Shown: positions 1 to 14,810, counted from the stretch's first letter. The stretch: DNA of 64,000 bases from Eledone cirrhosa (GCA_964016885.1 OZ024741.1:253518001-253582000); one strand, 5' to 3'. The notes: a model not told the origin generated them from the letters alone. Translations and numbers: made by a program.

Positions 1-7
1 ATATATG

Positions 8-72
<65 letters not shown>

Positions 73-89
73 ATATATATATATATATA
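1..89. repeat. (TA)n microsatellite
   Basis: Direct inspection. Confidence 0.95.
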
Positions 90-199
90 CTGCCATTTCT
101 ACTGCTACCTAACTCTCTCCTCCCCCGTCCCAGCCCAACACACCCTGCCATTATTACCACCACCACTGTTCTTCTAGCCCTGAATTTTCCTACTGTTAT

Positions 200-3100
200 G
201 TATGGATGAGCTGAGAATAAATGGAGCAACTCTGATTAATAGATGAAAATGAATATGAATCCGCGAGCTACCAAGCACCCATGTAAAGCTCCAATTCAGA
301 GACAGGAAGCACACACACACCCCTGCAAAAATCGACCCATCCCTACGAATGTTGACAAATACCCAAAACTCCGAGTTGGTACCATCAATGTAAGCACAAT
401 GAAAGGAAGAGCAGGAGAAATCGTAGAGATGCTAGAGCGAAAGGAAATTGATGTATGCTGTGTGCAAGAGACTAGATGGAGAGGAGAGTCTGCCAGAGTC
501 CTGGTAGGAAAAAGTCAGTGCTACAAATTTTTCTGAGTGGGAAATGACGATGGGATGGGTGGTGTAGGTATATTACTAGCTCACAAGTGGGTAGATAAAG
601 TAATCTCACTGTACAGGGTAAATGCAAGAATCATTAAACTCAGACTAGTCCTGAATAAAACAATTACCACAATAATATCAGTTTACGCACTCCAATCGGG
701 GTTGCCAGACGAACTTAAGGATAGGTTTTACGAGTCCCTAATGTGCACTACTGCTCTAACAAACGACAATGACTTCCTAATCATCGCAGGAGATTTTAAC
801 GGACAAGTAGGTAAACACTGCGACGGCTTCAATAGAGTCCATGGGGTTGGCACAAGAAATGAAGAAGGATTCAGACTTCTAGAATTCTGCGATGCCAATG
901 ACATGTCGATAAGTAACACTAACTTCAAAAAAACCGACAACCACCTGATCACCTATAGATCAGGGGAGCATTCTAGTCAGATAGATTTTATCCTCATCAG
1001 AGGACATGACAGATGGACGGTCGTAAACACAAAAGCCTTCCCTAGTGAGGAATGTACCTCCCAACATAGCTTAGTTGTCAGCGACCTCACGGTCAGAACT
1101 AAACGAACATGGAAACAGAGGCCAACCTGGAGAAGAAAGATCTGGAAGCTGAAAGACCCCTCAGCCAGTAACAGATTTAAAGATATTTTACTCAACGCCT
1201 ACGACAGTAAAGAAGAACAGATAGAGACATTCAATGTAGAAGAGTACTGGGAGTTCCAAAAAAAATAACTTACTAGAGGCGACGGATGAGATGTGTGGCT
1301 GGAGTAAGACCACAAGCAGGAGGAGAGTGACTTGGTGGTGGAACAATAAGGTAGATTAGGCAGTTAAGGCCAAGAGACAGGCATGGAAAGAATGGAAGAA
1401 CTGGGGGAGCAGGGTACATTACATAGAGACCAAGAGGGAAGCTAGGCGACAAGTATACTTAGCTAGGAGGGAAGCAGAGGATAGAAAATTCAAGCATGTT
1501 TTGCAGCGTGAGGACCAGAAACAGGAGGTGTTTAAGATTGTGAGGCAGTGTGTCAGAGAGAATTGTGATGTCATTGGAGAGAAGTGTATCCAGAATAATA
1601 AAGGTGAGCTTGCCCTCACAAGTGCTGAGAAGAAAGATGCATGGAAGAGCCATTATGATAGATTACTAAATGAGGAGATTGCATGGGAAGAAGAGACCCT
1701 ACCCCAAGTAGACCCTATAGAGGGGCCAGCAGTACAAGTCAGCAGCAACGTAGTAAGTAAGGCAATCAAAGATATGAAGATGGGGAAGGCAACCGGTCCA
1801 TCGGGTATAGCTGCCGAGATGCGGAAGGTATCTGGGTCTGTAGGTCACACTATAACCACACGTATTGTTAACCAGGTAATACTAGAAGGTGTCATACCAA
1901 AAGATTGGTGCAGTAGCATCATTGTCAACTGCTACAAAGGTAAAGGTGATGCACTAGATAGAGGAAACTATAGAGGTATAAAGCTGATGGACCAGGTCAT
2001 GAAAGTAACAGAAAGAATTATAGCACAGTTGATTAGGGACCGGGTGAAACTAGATGAGATGCAATTTGTGTTTGTACCAGGAAGAGGCACCACTGATGCC
2101 CTCTTCCTTGTGAGGCAGTTACAGGAAAAGTACCTAGCTAAAAGTAAGCCACTCTACCTGGCATTCGTCGATCTCGAGAAAGCCTTTGACAGAGTTCCAC
2201 GTGCTATAATCTGGTGGGCTCTTAGAAAACTAGGAGTAGATGAATGGCTTGTGAAAGCTGTACAAGCCATGTATAGGGGAGCAGTCAGCAAAGTTAGGAT
2301 TAGCAATGAGTATAGCGAGGAATTTAGCGTACAGGTTGGTGTCCTCCAGGGCTCTGTTCTTAGCCCTCTCCTGTTCATCATAGTCCTGCAGGTAATAACG
2401 GAGTTTAAGACTGGATGCCCATGGGAACTCCTGAATGCAGATGACCTCACACTTATAGCTGGAAGCAGGGACTAGAAAGAAAGGGTCTCAAAGTCAACAT
2501 GACAAAGACTAAGGTCCTTGTAAGTAAACGAGAAAACAGAACCCAGATCACCTCAGGGAAATGGCCTTGCTCAGTATGTAGGAAAGGTGTAGGTAGGAAC
2601 TCCATTCTCTGCCCCAAATGCAAACAATGGGTACACAAGAGATGTAGCAGGATCTCAGGAAGCTTAATTAAGAATGTAGGCTTCACATGTAGCAGTTGTG
2701 CTGGGACAGCAAGCAGCAAACAGCCACAGGAAACAAGTACCACCAATCTCTGGGAGTGCTCTGTAGAAACAGTAGACAGCTTCTGTTACCTAGGTGACCG
2801 AATTAGCAGCGGAGGTGGGTGTTCAGAAAGTACAATAACTAGGGTAAGAACGGGATGGAAGAAGTTCAGGGAACTACTGCCACTGCTAGCTGCAAAAGTC
2901 TTCTCCCTCAAAATGAAAGGCAGACTGTATGATGCGTGTATCCGAACAGCAATGTTACATGGTAATGAGACCTGGGCACTGAAGGTGGAAGATTTACGTA
3001 GATTAGAAAGAAACGAAGCCTGCATGCTCCGATGGATGTGTAATAGTAATATACGCAAACGGCAAAGCATAAATGAATTGAGAGAGAGACTGAGCATAAG

Positions 3101-3601
3101 AGGAAGCAAATGCTGTGTGCAGGAGAGGCGGTTGCGTTGGTATGGACATGTGATGTGTATGAAGGATGACAGCTGCATAAAAAGGTGCAGAGCACTAGAA
3201 GTCAATGGAAACCGCGGAGTGGGGAGACCGAAGAACACCTGGGATGAGGTGATAAAAGCCGACCTTACCCAATTACACATCTCAAAGGCGATGACACACG
3301 ACCGTGACCTCTGGCGTCACGCAGTAATACAGAGTACCCGACCTCCCATGGGTACAAGCTGAAGCATATAGACAATATGCCCCCACACCCTCCCACTGCA
3401 AAGTGGTCATGGAAGTGCCACGGCAAAAAAGCACCCAGCCCACACTGTAAATGAGGTTGGTGTTAGGAAGGGCATCCAGCTGTAGAAACCAAGCCAAAAT
3501 CAGTTCCTGTATGAGCAAGGCATGGTCAGCCAACCAGACACTGCCCACAACAGGACAACCCATCTAACCCATGCTAGCATGGAAGAACGGACGTAAAACG
3601 G

Positions 3602-3632
<31 letters not shown>
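200..3632 (+). mobile_element. Near full-length RTE-clade LINE, inactivated
   Basis: APE endonuclease motifs (GTINV, VCCVQETRW, AGDFN, SQIDFIL), RT motifs (NYRGI, AFVDLEKAFDRVP, QGSVLSPLLF, F.YLG), RTE C-terminus (RRLRWYGHV, GRP..TW), 3' UTR ending in the CCATGCTAGCATGG hairpin and a (GAT)n tail. 5' boundary approximate. Confidence 0.93.
243..3362 (+). pseudogene. Disrupted APE-RT(PHD) polyprotein of RTE LINE
   Basis: ORF pieces 243-536, 537-1268, 1501-2475 and 2499-3362. TGA at 534-536, frameshift in the A-run near 1260, YADD changed to NADD (near 2434), and a deletion near 2460 relative to the 30.3-kb copy. Confidence 0.92.
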
Positions 3633-3687
3633 ACAAATTAGAAGTGTAAGTCAACAGGGTAAAATTGGCTTCGTTTTTTCACATTCG

Positions 3688-3744
3688 CTGCTATATATAT
3701 TTCAGTGATAGCCATTATTCACCAGCTATGACCTCATCAGGCAG
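3688..3744 (-). ncRNA. Type I minimal hammerhead ribozyme
   Basis: Minus strand reads CUGC-CUGAUGA-GGUC AUAGCU..GGCUAU CACU-GAAA-UAUAUA-UA/GCAG: 4-bp helix I, long helix II, palindromic helix III and an AUA cleavage triplet. Confidence 0.8.
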
Positions 3745-3824
3745 TAAGAATTTAAACAGAAAAAACAGGAAAACATGATGCTGTAATGGATTTTACCGTG
3801 TTAATTCATTGATATGCCCAGATC

Positions 3825-3896
3825 CTGGGTGTGTTGTTAGTCCTCTAAAGAACTGGAAGCATATCCAGTTCCTTAGAGGACTAACAACATACCCAG
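3825..3896. repeat. Near-perfect hairpin (about 33-bp arms, 6-nt loop)
   Basis: ctgggtgtgttgttagtcctctaaagaactgga-agcata-tccagttccttagaggactaacaacatacccag. Confidence 0.85.
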
Positions 3897-4496
3897 AACT
3901 AAAAATTTAAAAATACTACCACCTCTGTCAGCCAACTAACAGAGAATGAAGAATAACCTCGGACAGAGACATGAACTTCCCTCTCTAAATATGTATGTAA
4001 AAACTAATAATTTTTCTTCCCCATTTTATTATTATTAGTATAAATATGCAACTTAACTGCACTTAGCACTTCTGCCGTTGAAAAAGCATATAATGCTGAA
4101 ACCAGTACCACTATTAAATGTGGAAATACCCACTTTCTAAACAAATGTTTTGATATTATACTGAAAAAATCCCTCCAGCATTTTCTACTGAATTTTTTTC
4201 TTTTTACTATTTGTTTATATATATCAACTCGTGTGTCACTTTTCTACATTCCATATATATATATATATATATATTCCATTTGTGGAACAGGGTCTTATTT
4301 TATTGTAAATCTCTAAACAGATGTAGTTTTCCATGCTGATTACAAAAGCCAAGACTGAATTTGGGAGAAGTTAATATAAGAAGTTACAACCCTTTAAAAA
4401 TTTAATTTTTAAAATATATTTATAAATATATTTATAAATATATTTATAAATATATTTATAAATATATTTATAAATGAATTTTTCCTTTTTTCTATT

Positions 4497-5425
4497 TGTT
4501 TGAAGCAATTCCAAACATGGAAGCATGGCCTAGAATCAAAAAGCCTTAAAGTTAACTTGTCTAAGACTAAAGTTCTAGTTTGTAGAAAGGAAAATAGGGC
4601 ACAGGTGCCCTCAGGGAAATGGCCATGCTCAGTGTGTAGGAAAGGAGTAGGCAGAAATTCCATTTTATGTCCCAAATGCAAACTATGGGTACATAAAAGA
4701 TGTAGTGGGGTCATAGGTAAACTATCTAAGAACGTATATTTTATATGTGGCCGATGCTCAGGTGCAATAAGTTAGCAAGTCCCCACAGGATACTAGCTCC
4801 TTCCATTGCCCAGATGGTTCTATAGAAATAGTGGACACTTTCCGTTACCTGGGTGACAAAATCAGCAGTGGTGGAGGGTGCTCTGAAAGTAACCAGAGTC
4901 AGAACGGGATGGAAAAAGTTCAGAGAGCTTATACTGCTGTTGGCCACAAAAGGTTTCTCTCTAAAAATGAAAGGTAGATTGTATGATGCCTGTATACAAA
5001 GTGAAACCTACAGTCAGTAGGCACCTCTTAACCAAATATACACCCAATCCACTACCCCTACCCTATCCTCCCACTCCCACTAACACCACCCTCTCTCTGT
5101 AATGTTGGTACCACAACATCCAGTCCAAATAAATGAAATAATGAGATCAAGATCGAGATCGTGTAGGTGTCACTACAAAAAAAAAAAACACACAGTCCAC
5201 ACTGTAATGTGGCCGTGTAGGTAACACGGTAAAAAGTTCCCAGTTCCACACTGTAAATGTGGTTGGTGTTAGGAAAGGCATCCAGCCGTAGAAAACCTGC
5301 CAGATAACCCGATATGAGCGAGACACGGTCACCCGACCAACCTTGCCTCAAGTGGGACAACTCCGGTCTAACCCATGCTAGTGTGGAAGATGGACGTTAA
5401 ACGAAGATGATGATGATGATGATGA

Positions 5426-5428
<3 letters not shown>
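4497..5428 (+). mobile_element. 5'-truncated, internally deleted RTE LINE (PHD region, 3' UTR type B, (GAT)n)
   Basis: ORF 4500-4775 contains KWPCSVCRKGVGRNSILCPKC..WVHKRC and is near-identical to 30.9-31.4 kb. It jumps to the 3' UTR near 5000. Confidence 0.9.
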
Positions 5429-5476
<48 letters not shown>

Positions 5477-5839
5477 ATATATATATATATATATATAATC
5501 AGTGTTTTCGGTCTATTTTCTGCTTGCATAAGTTAGATGAATTGTCATTTACTGAAGCTAGACTGGCATATAGGCATTCACGCATGCACGCACACACGTG
5601 TGTGTATATAAATATATATATATATACATATATAAGAAGTGTGTTAAGCAACTGAACTTTACAATAAAGTTATATCAGTGTATATACTGTGTAGGTCATC
5701 AAGACTGTGCTAATCATCATCATCCTCATCACCCTTTAGCATCTATTTTTCTATCCTTGCATGGGGTAGACGGGTCATCCACATTGGGAGACAATCTGGC
5801 CAGAATTAGCCATGCCGTGTATATAAATATATATAGATT

Positions 5840-6385
5840 AGCAAGGGGAGAGGGTGCTCCGAGGCCATAGTATCTAGAATAAGGATGGGTTGGAAGAAGT
5901 TTAGGGAGCTGCTTCCTCTGTTAACCAAGAAGGGTTTCTCCCTACAGGCGAAAGGCTATTTATATGATGCCTGTGTGAGATGCGCGATGCTGCATGGTAG
6001 TGACACATGGGCAGCTACTGCAGAGGATATGCGATGGCTGGAGAGAAATGAAGTAAGCGTGCTCCGATGGATGTGCAATGATAATGTGCGTGAACGACCA
6101 AGCTTAGATGAGTTGAGAGAGAAACTGGATATAAGAGGGATAAGCTGTAGTGTGCAGGAGAGAAGACTGCATCGGTGTGGACATATGATGCGCATGGAGG
6201 ATGACCGCTGGGTAAAGAAGTGCCAAGAAATCCTAGTGGAAGGAAGACGCAGTACAGGAAGACCACGAAAATCATGAGCGGAGGAGATGACAAAGGACCG
6301 TGACAAGTGGAGAGATGCTGTGCTGAATAGGACTTGTCCCAGCCTTGCAAGCAGGGAAAAGCAGACATAGAAAGATGATGATGAT
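5840..6385 (+). mobile_element. RTE LINE 3' fragment
   Basis: ORF 5885-6277 GWKKFRELLPLL...ERRL.RCGHM...GRPRKS, followed by a short hairpin and (GAT)n tail. Confidence 0.88.
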
Positions 6386-6515
6386 ATATAACAATTTTAA
6401 TATGTAGAAACATAAACAAGCCAGAAAATACGAATTTCCTTGAAAAATTGAAAAAAATGATAAACACCTATAATCGATTTTCAGACCTAATTGGGTCTTT
6501 ATCAGAATATATGTA

Positions 6516-6945
6516 TACCATCACCATCCTTATCCTCATCACCATCGCTATCATCATTATCACCATCACCTTCACCATTATTATCGTCTTTGTCATCATT
6601 ATTATCATCACCATTATCATCATCATTATCCTCATCATTACCATCACTATCATCTTCATTACCATCACCTCCATTATTTCCATCATCATTATCCTCATCA
6701 CCCTCACTATCATCATCATCATCATCATCATCCTCGGCACCCTCACTATCATCATCATCAACATCACCTTCACCATCATCATTATCACCATCATATTCAC
6801 CCTTACCATCATCACCACCCTCACCATTACCTTCACCATCACCATCACCCTCACCATCATCACCACCATCACAAACCTCATGATCACCATCACCACCATC
6901 ATTATCCTCACCATCATCATCATTATCATCATCATCACCATCATT
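6516..6945. repeat. (CAT/CAC/TAT) low-complexity trinucleotide tract
   Basis: Open in several frames on both strands. Confidence 0.9.
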
Positions 6946-7104
6946 CAGCTGTGGCCACATTAACAATTTTGCTAATACACCAGTATGGAGAGGTGCATTA
7001 TTTTCTTAACCTTTAAAAGATGAAATACAAAACTGACCTTCATAGATTTTGAACTCAGAACATTAAAAACCAGGAAAAATATAACAAGATAATTTATTTT
7101 CAAA

Positions 7105-7260
7105 GCTGTGTGGTTTAGACATTTGTTTTTAAAGCCTGTAGTTCCAGGATTAGTCCCACAGCGTAGAACCTTGGGCCAGTGTCTTCTGCTTTATCTTCAG
7201 GTCGGCCAATACCTTGTGAGTGAATTTGGTAGATGGGAAGTGTGAAAGTCCCTTGTTTGT
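7105..7260 (+). mobile_element. Decayed tRNA-derived SINE (CCTTGGGCAAGTGTC core type)
   Basis: A/B-box remnants then accttgggccagtgtcttct...ccttgtgagtgaatttggtaga. Related copy at 15775-15930. Confidence 0.6.
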
Positions 7261-7269
7261 ATATATATG

Positions 7270-7535
7270 TATATTATAAAAAGTCGGGACCCCGATGGCT
7301 ATGCTTTTGCCATTTCAACAGCTAGTTCCAGAGTCTGGAACTAGCTGTTGAAACGGCAAGAGCCCAGCTGGAATAGCTGTTGAAATAAGAAGAGCCTGGA
7401 TGGAACTAGCTGTTGAAATGGCAAGAGCTCAGCCGTCGGGGTCCCTACATTTTATAATATAACCATATTCTACTACCCTAAACATTGAGTACTTTGTTGA
7501 GTAACCAGTTTCAAACTGAATCCATCTGAATTTAT
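7270..7535. mobile_element. Fold-back remnant of hammerhead-bearing (PLE pLTR-type) repeat family A
   Basis: Inverted arms about ttccagagtctggaa and a triplicated gctgttgaaa(c)ggcaagagc. GAAAYGGC..GCCGUC-GGGG is the 3' half of a hammerhead. Homologous to 27575-27725, 32857-32893 and 43255-43420. Confidence 0.7.
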
Positions 7536-7894
7536 ATATATGTGCGTGTGTGTGTGTTTGCATTTGTGCATGTTTTCACCTCCAAAAACACCACTAAGTT
7601 GGTGAATCTTTTACCACACTGAAAAACATAGGTTGGCATAAGGAAGAACATCTAGCCATAAATATTTTCCAGCACTTCAGGACTCTAATGACTCTGCCAT
7701 TTCACTGTCTTATTTACTATTAGCAAATATTTCTTTTCTTTCTGATCATCAATTAGACTTGTTTTCTTGCTTATAGAAAATTCATTTTTTCTACTTTGTG
7801 AACATTATGTATTTGAATAAAATGGCTGTTCTTTCTAGCAAGTTCAGCAATCACGTAGAGTCTCTTTTTTGTCTCATTTTAGCTAACTTTCCAT

Positions 7895-9300
7895 AGCAGG
7901 TACCAGATCAATGTGGTTCAGTCTCAACCACAGTCCACTTTAGCTGTCAGCAATTGGTACCAGATCAATGTCTCAGACCACAGTCCACCACAGCTGTCAT
8001 TAAGAGGAACCAGATCAATGTGGTTTAGTCTCAGACCACAGTCCACTACAGTCCACCTTAGCTGTCAGTTATAGGTACCAGATCAATGTGGTTTAGTCTC
8101 AGACCACAGTCCACCTTAGCTGTCAGTAATAGATACCAGATCAATGTGGTTTAGTCTCACACCACAGTCCACCACAGTCCACCTTAGCTGTGAGTAATAG
8201 GAACCAGATCAATGTGGCTTAGTCTCAGACCACAGTCCACCACAGTCCACCTTAGCTGTCAGTAATAGGAACCAGATCAATGTGGTTTAGTCTCAGACCA
8301 CAGTCCACCTAACTGTCAATAATAGGAACCAGATCAATGTGGTTTAGTCTCAGACCACAGTCCACCACAGTCCACCTAACTGTCAGTAATAGGAACCAGA
8401 TCAATGTGGCTTAGTCTCAGACCACAGTCCACCACAGTCCACCTAACTGTCAGTAATAGGAACCAGATCAATGTGGCTTAGTCTCAGACCACAGTCCACC
8501 ACAGTCCACCTAACTGTCAGTAATAGGAACCAGATCAATGTGGCTTAGTCTCAGACCACCGTCCACCACAGTCCACCTTAGCTGTGAGTAATAGGAATCA
8601 GATCAATGTGGCTTAGTCTCAGACCACAGTCCACCACAGTCCACCTAACTGTCAGTAATAGGAACCAGATCAATGTGGCTTAGTCTCAGACCACCGTCCA
8701 CCACAGTCCACCTTAGCTGTCAGTAATAGGAACCAGATCAATGTGGCTTAGTCTCAGACCACAGTCCACCACAGTCCACCTAACTGTCAGTAATAGGAAC
8801 CAGATCAATGTGGCTTAGTCTCAGACCACCGTCCACCACAGTCCACCTTAGCTGTCAGCAATAGGAACCAGATCAATGTGGTTTAGTCTCAGACCACAGT
8901 CCACCTTAGCTGTCAGTAATAGGAACCAGATCAATGTGGTTTAGTCTCAGACCACAGTCCACCTTAGCTGTCAGTAATAGGAACCAGATCAATGTGGTTT
9001 AGTCTCAGACCACAGTCCACCACAGTCCACCTTAGCTGTGAGTAATAGGAATCAGATCAATGTGGTTTAGTCTCAGACTACAGCTCACCTTAGCTGTGAG
9101 TAATAGGAACCAGATCAATGTGGTTTAGTCTCAGACCACAGTCCACCACAGTCCACCTTAGCTGTCAGTAATAGGTATCTGATCAGTGTGGTTCAGTCTC
9201 AGACCACAGTCCACCTACCTAACTGTCAGTAATAGATACCAGATCAATGTAGTTTTATCACAGACCACCTAACTGTCAGTAAGAGGTACCAGATCAACAT
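7895..9300. repeat. Minisatellite, 50/60-bp unit
   Basis: gtcagtaataggaaccagatcaatgtggtttagtctcagaccacagtccac(cacagtccac)cttagct, roughly 25 copies with degenerate edges. Confidence 0.95.
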
Positions 9301-9529
9301 GGTTCACTCTGTGACACCCCTATCCCTTTCGATAGGTTGATCTGATGTTGAGTCAAAAGAGATTTTATTTGTTGTTGGCGATATAGAATTCAATTTTCTG
9401 CATTGCATGTATGTTAGTTATCTCATATATTCATATGTTGGTATCTTTATCGCTATACCACACGTGATGTTTCATATCCTGCTGCACAGTGTGTCACAAG
9501 GTTCTGTAGAATATAGTCTGATATATATG

Positions 9530-11930
<2,401 letters not shown>

Positions 11931-12122
11931 ACAGACAGAAAGCCAGAGATCTTTAATTAGGTTCAACAAAGTCGGAGCCATATCAGTAGAGTCACACAAT
12001 CCACAAATTACGTGGTTTTTCTTTCAGAGAGACGGTGGCCATCTTGATTTTGACAGTTGTTTATAAAGTTTTTTTTTATGTTTGTCTTTGTTGTACAGAT
12101 TAGTGACACTAAATTGAAAGAC

Positions 12123-14190
12123 AGTGTTGTGTGGTGTGGTGTAGTGTAATGTAGTGATGTGGTGTAATGTGTTGTAGTGTGGTGTGGGGTAGTGTGGTGT
12201 TGTGTAATGTTGTGTGATGTGGTGTGGTGTAGTGTAGTGTTGTGGTGTTGTGTAGTGTAATGTTGTATGGTATAGTGTGTGGTATAGTGGTGTGGAGTAG
12301 TGTAATGTTGTGTTTTGTAGTCTGGTGTGGTGTTTTGTAGTCTGGTGTGGTGTAGTGTAGTGTTGTGTGTTGTAGTGTGGTGTGGTGTTGTGTGGTGTTG
12401 TGGTGTGGTGGTGTGGTATGGTGTAGTGTGGCGTAGTGTGATATAGTGTGGTGTGGTGTAGTGTTGTGTGGTGTGGTATAGTGTAGTGTGGTGTGGTGTT
12501 GTGTGGTATGGTGTGGTGTAGTGGTTTAGTGGTATTGTGTGGTGTGTTGTAGTGTAGGATGAAGTGGCATAGCATGTTGTGTTGAAGTGTAGTGTTATAT
12601 CATGTGGTGTTGTGTGGTATACTGTGATGTAGTGTGATGTCGTGAGGTATAGTGTGATATGTAGTATGGTGTAGTGTGGTATAGTGTGATGTAGTGTGGT
12701 GCGATGTGGTATGGTGTAGTTGTGTGGTATAGTGTGATGTAGTGTGGTGTGATGTAATATGGTGTAGTTGTGTGGTGTTGTGTGATTGTGTAGGTCACAT
12801 AATATTGTGGTTTGAGTAATATAGTGTGGTGTGATGAAGCTTATCTAATAATGTTGTGAAGTGTTATTTCAACTGTAATAGCATGATGTGACAGATTAGG
12901 GGTTGAGCATAGACCACACAAGAACATTTTCTCAAACAACACATACCTTAAATGTTTACCCTTAAAGCACAGCACCTATAGCGCTACAACTCCCAGAACA
13001 CCCACAACACCACCAATATCATAACACCACATTGCTACCAATATCACAATATCACAACACCACAATACCTCAATACCACAATACCACCAATACCACAATA
13101 CCATCAATACCACAACACCACCAATATCCCAATACCACAATACCATCAATACCACAACACCACCAATATCACAACACCACCAATATCACAATACCACAAC
13201 ACCACCAATACCACAACATCACCATACCACAATACCACAACACCACCAATATCACAATACCACAACACCACCAATACCACAACACCACCAATATCACAAC
13301 ACCACAACACCACCAATACCACAACATCACAATACCACAACACAACCAATACCACAACACCACCAATACCACAATACCACAACACCATCAATACCACAAC
13401 ACCACCAATATTACAATACCACAACACCACAACACCACTACAACACCACAATACCACAATACCACAACATCACAATACCACAATACCACAACATCACCAA
13501 TACCACAACACCACCAATATCACAATACCACAACACCACCAATACCACAATACCACAACATCACAATACCACACCACAACACCACCAATACCACAATACC
13601 ACAACATCACCAATACCACAACATCACAATACCACAACACCACAACACCACCAATACTACAACACCACAATACCACAATACCACAACACCACAACACGCA
13701 CAATACAACACCACAAAACTACATAAACCCTACTTATACACAAATTAGGACACATACACTACACTACCACACACACTACTACATACACTATACTACCACA
13801 TATAATATACTACCACACACCATCACATACACTATTCTACCACTCTGACACTATCACACACACCACAACATATAATATACTACCACACACACCATCACAT
13901 ACACTATTCTACCACTCTGACACTATCACATAGACTACACTACCTCACACACCACCACATACACTATACTACCACACACACCATCACATACACTATACTA
14001 CCACTCTGACACTATCACATAGACTACATACACTTCATTCCTCCCACCACTACACTAACACTATAGTGAGAGAGAGAGTATATGTTATAGTGTGGTAATG
14101 TAGTGTGTGTGGTGGTGTGTGTTATAGTGTGGTAGTGTAGTAGTGTAGTGTATGTGATAGTGTGTGTTATAGTGTGGTAGTGTAGTGTGT
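12123..14190. repeat. GTGTG/TAGTG pentamer tract followed by CACAA/TACCA and 8/11-bp unit tracts
   Basis: Direct inspection. Source of the HTT- and TTIPQ-type pseudo-ORFs. Confidence 0.9.
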
Positions 14191-14528
14191 ATTAAAGTGA
14201 GAGGTGGTGGTTGTGTAGAGGGAGGTGAGGATTGAGAAAAGGAAATGAGGTGGTTGTAGCAATATAGGGGGAGGGAGACTAAAAGAAGGAACAGTGGTGA
14301 TGGCCAAACGACTTTTTACAATCACACGATTGGTTGATGTAATAGCCAACATTTGACTCCTAATTATATTGGATCATTGCTAATGTGTATTGGTCATTGA
14401 TGTCAGATGGTGGCTTTGGTGAGGAGGTATGGAGGGTGATGGTATGTATGGTGTGTGTCTGTGTATGTGATGCTTAGTGTATAGCATGAGAGCATAATCA
14501 CTGTGTTTCTGTTGGCTGTTTTGTGAGA

Positions 14529-14568
<40 letters not shown>

Positions 14569-14618
14569 ATACACAGACACGCACACACACACATATATGT
14601 GTGTGTGTGTGTGTATAC

Positions 14619-14654
<36 letters not shown>

Positions 14655-14716
14655 GATCGACTACATCAAAGCATTGCCTCAACATGGCCACAGTATAATG
14701 ACTGAAACTAGTAAAA

Positions 14717-14810
<94 letters not shown>

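Noticed and set aside
4070-4112. Decayed hammerhead (AGCA-UAUAA-UGCU-GAAAC-CA-GUA)
   Set aside because: The CUGANGA box is mutated at two positions and helix I is unsupported. Possibly a relic, but not callable.
6448-6966. Ile/Thr-, Met- and Asp-rich ORFs
   Set aside because: Trinucleotide low-complexity sequence open in many frames on both strands.
7895-9300. CRISPR-like regular array
   Set aside because: Units are head-to-tail with no unique spacers, there are no cas genes, and the context is eukaryotic.
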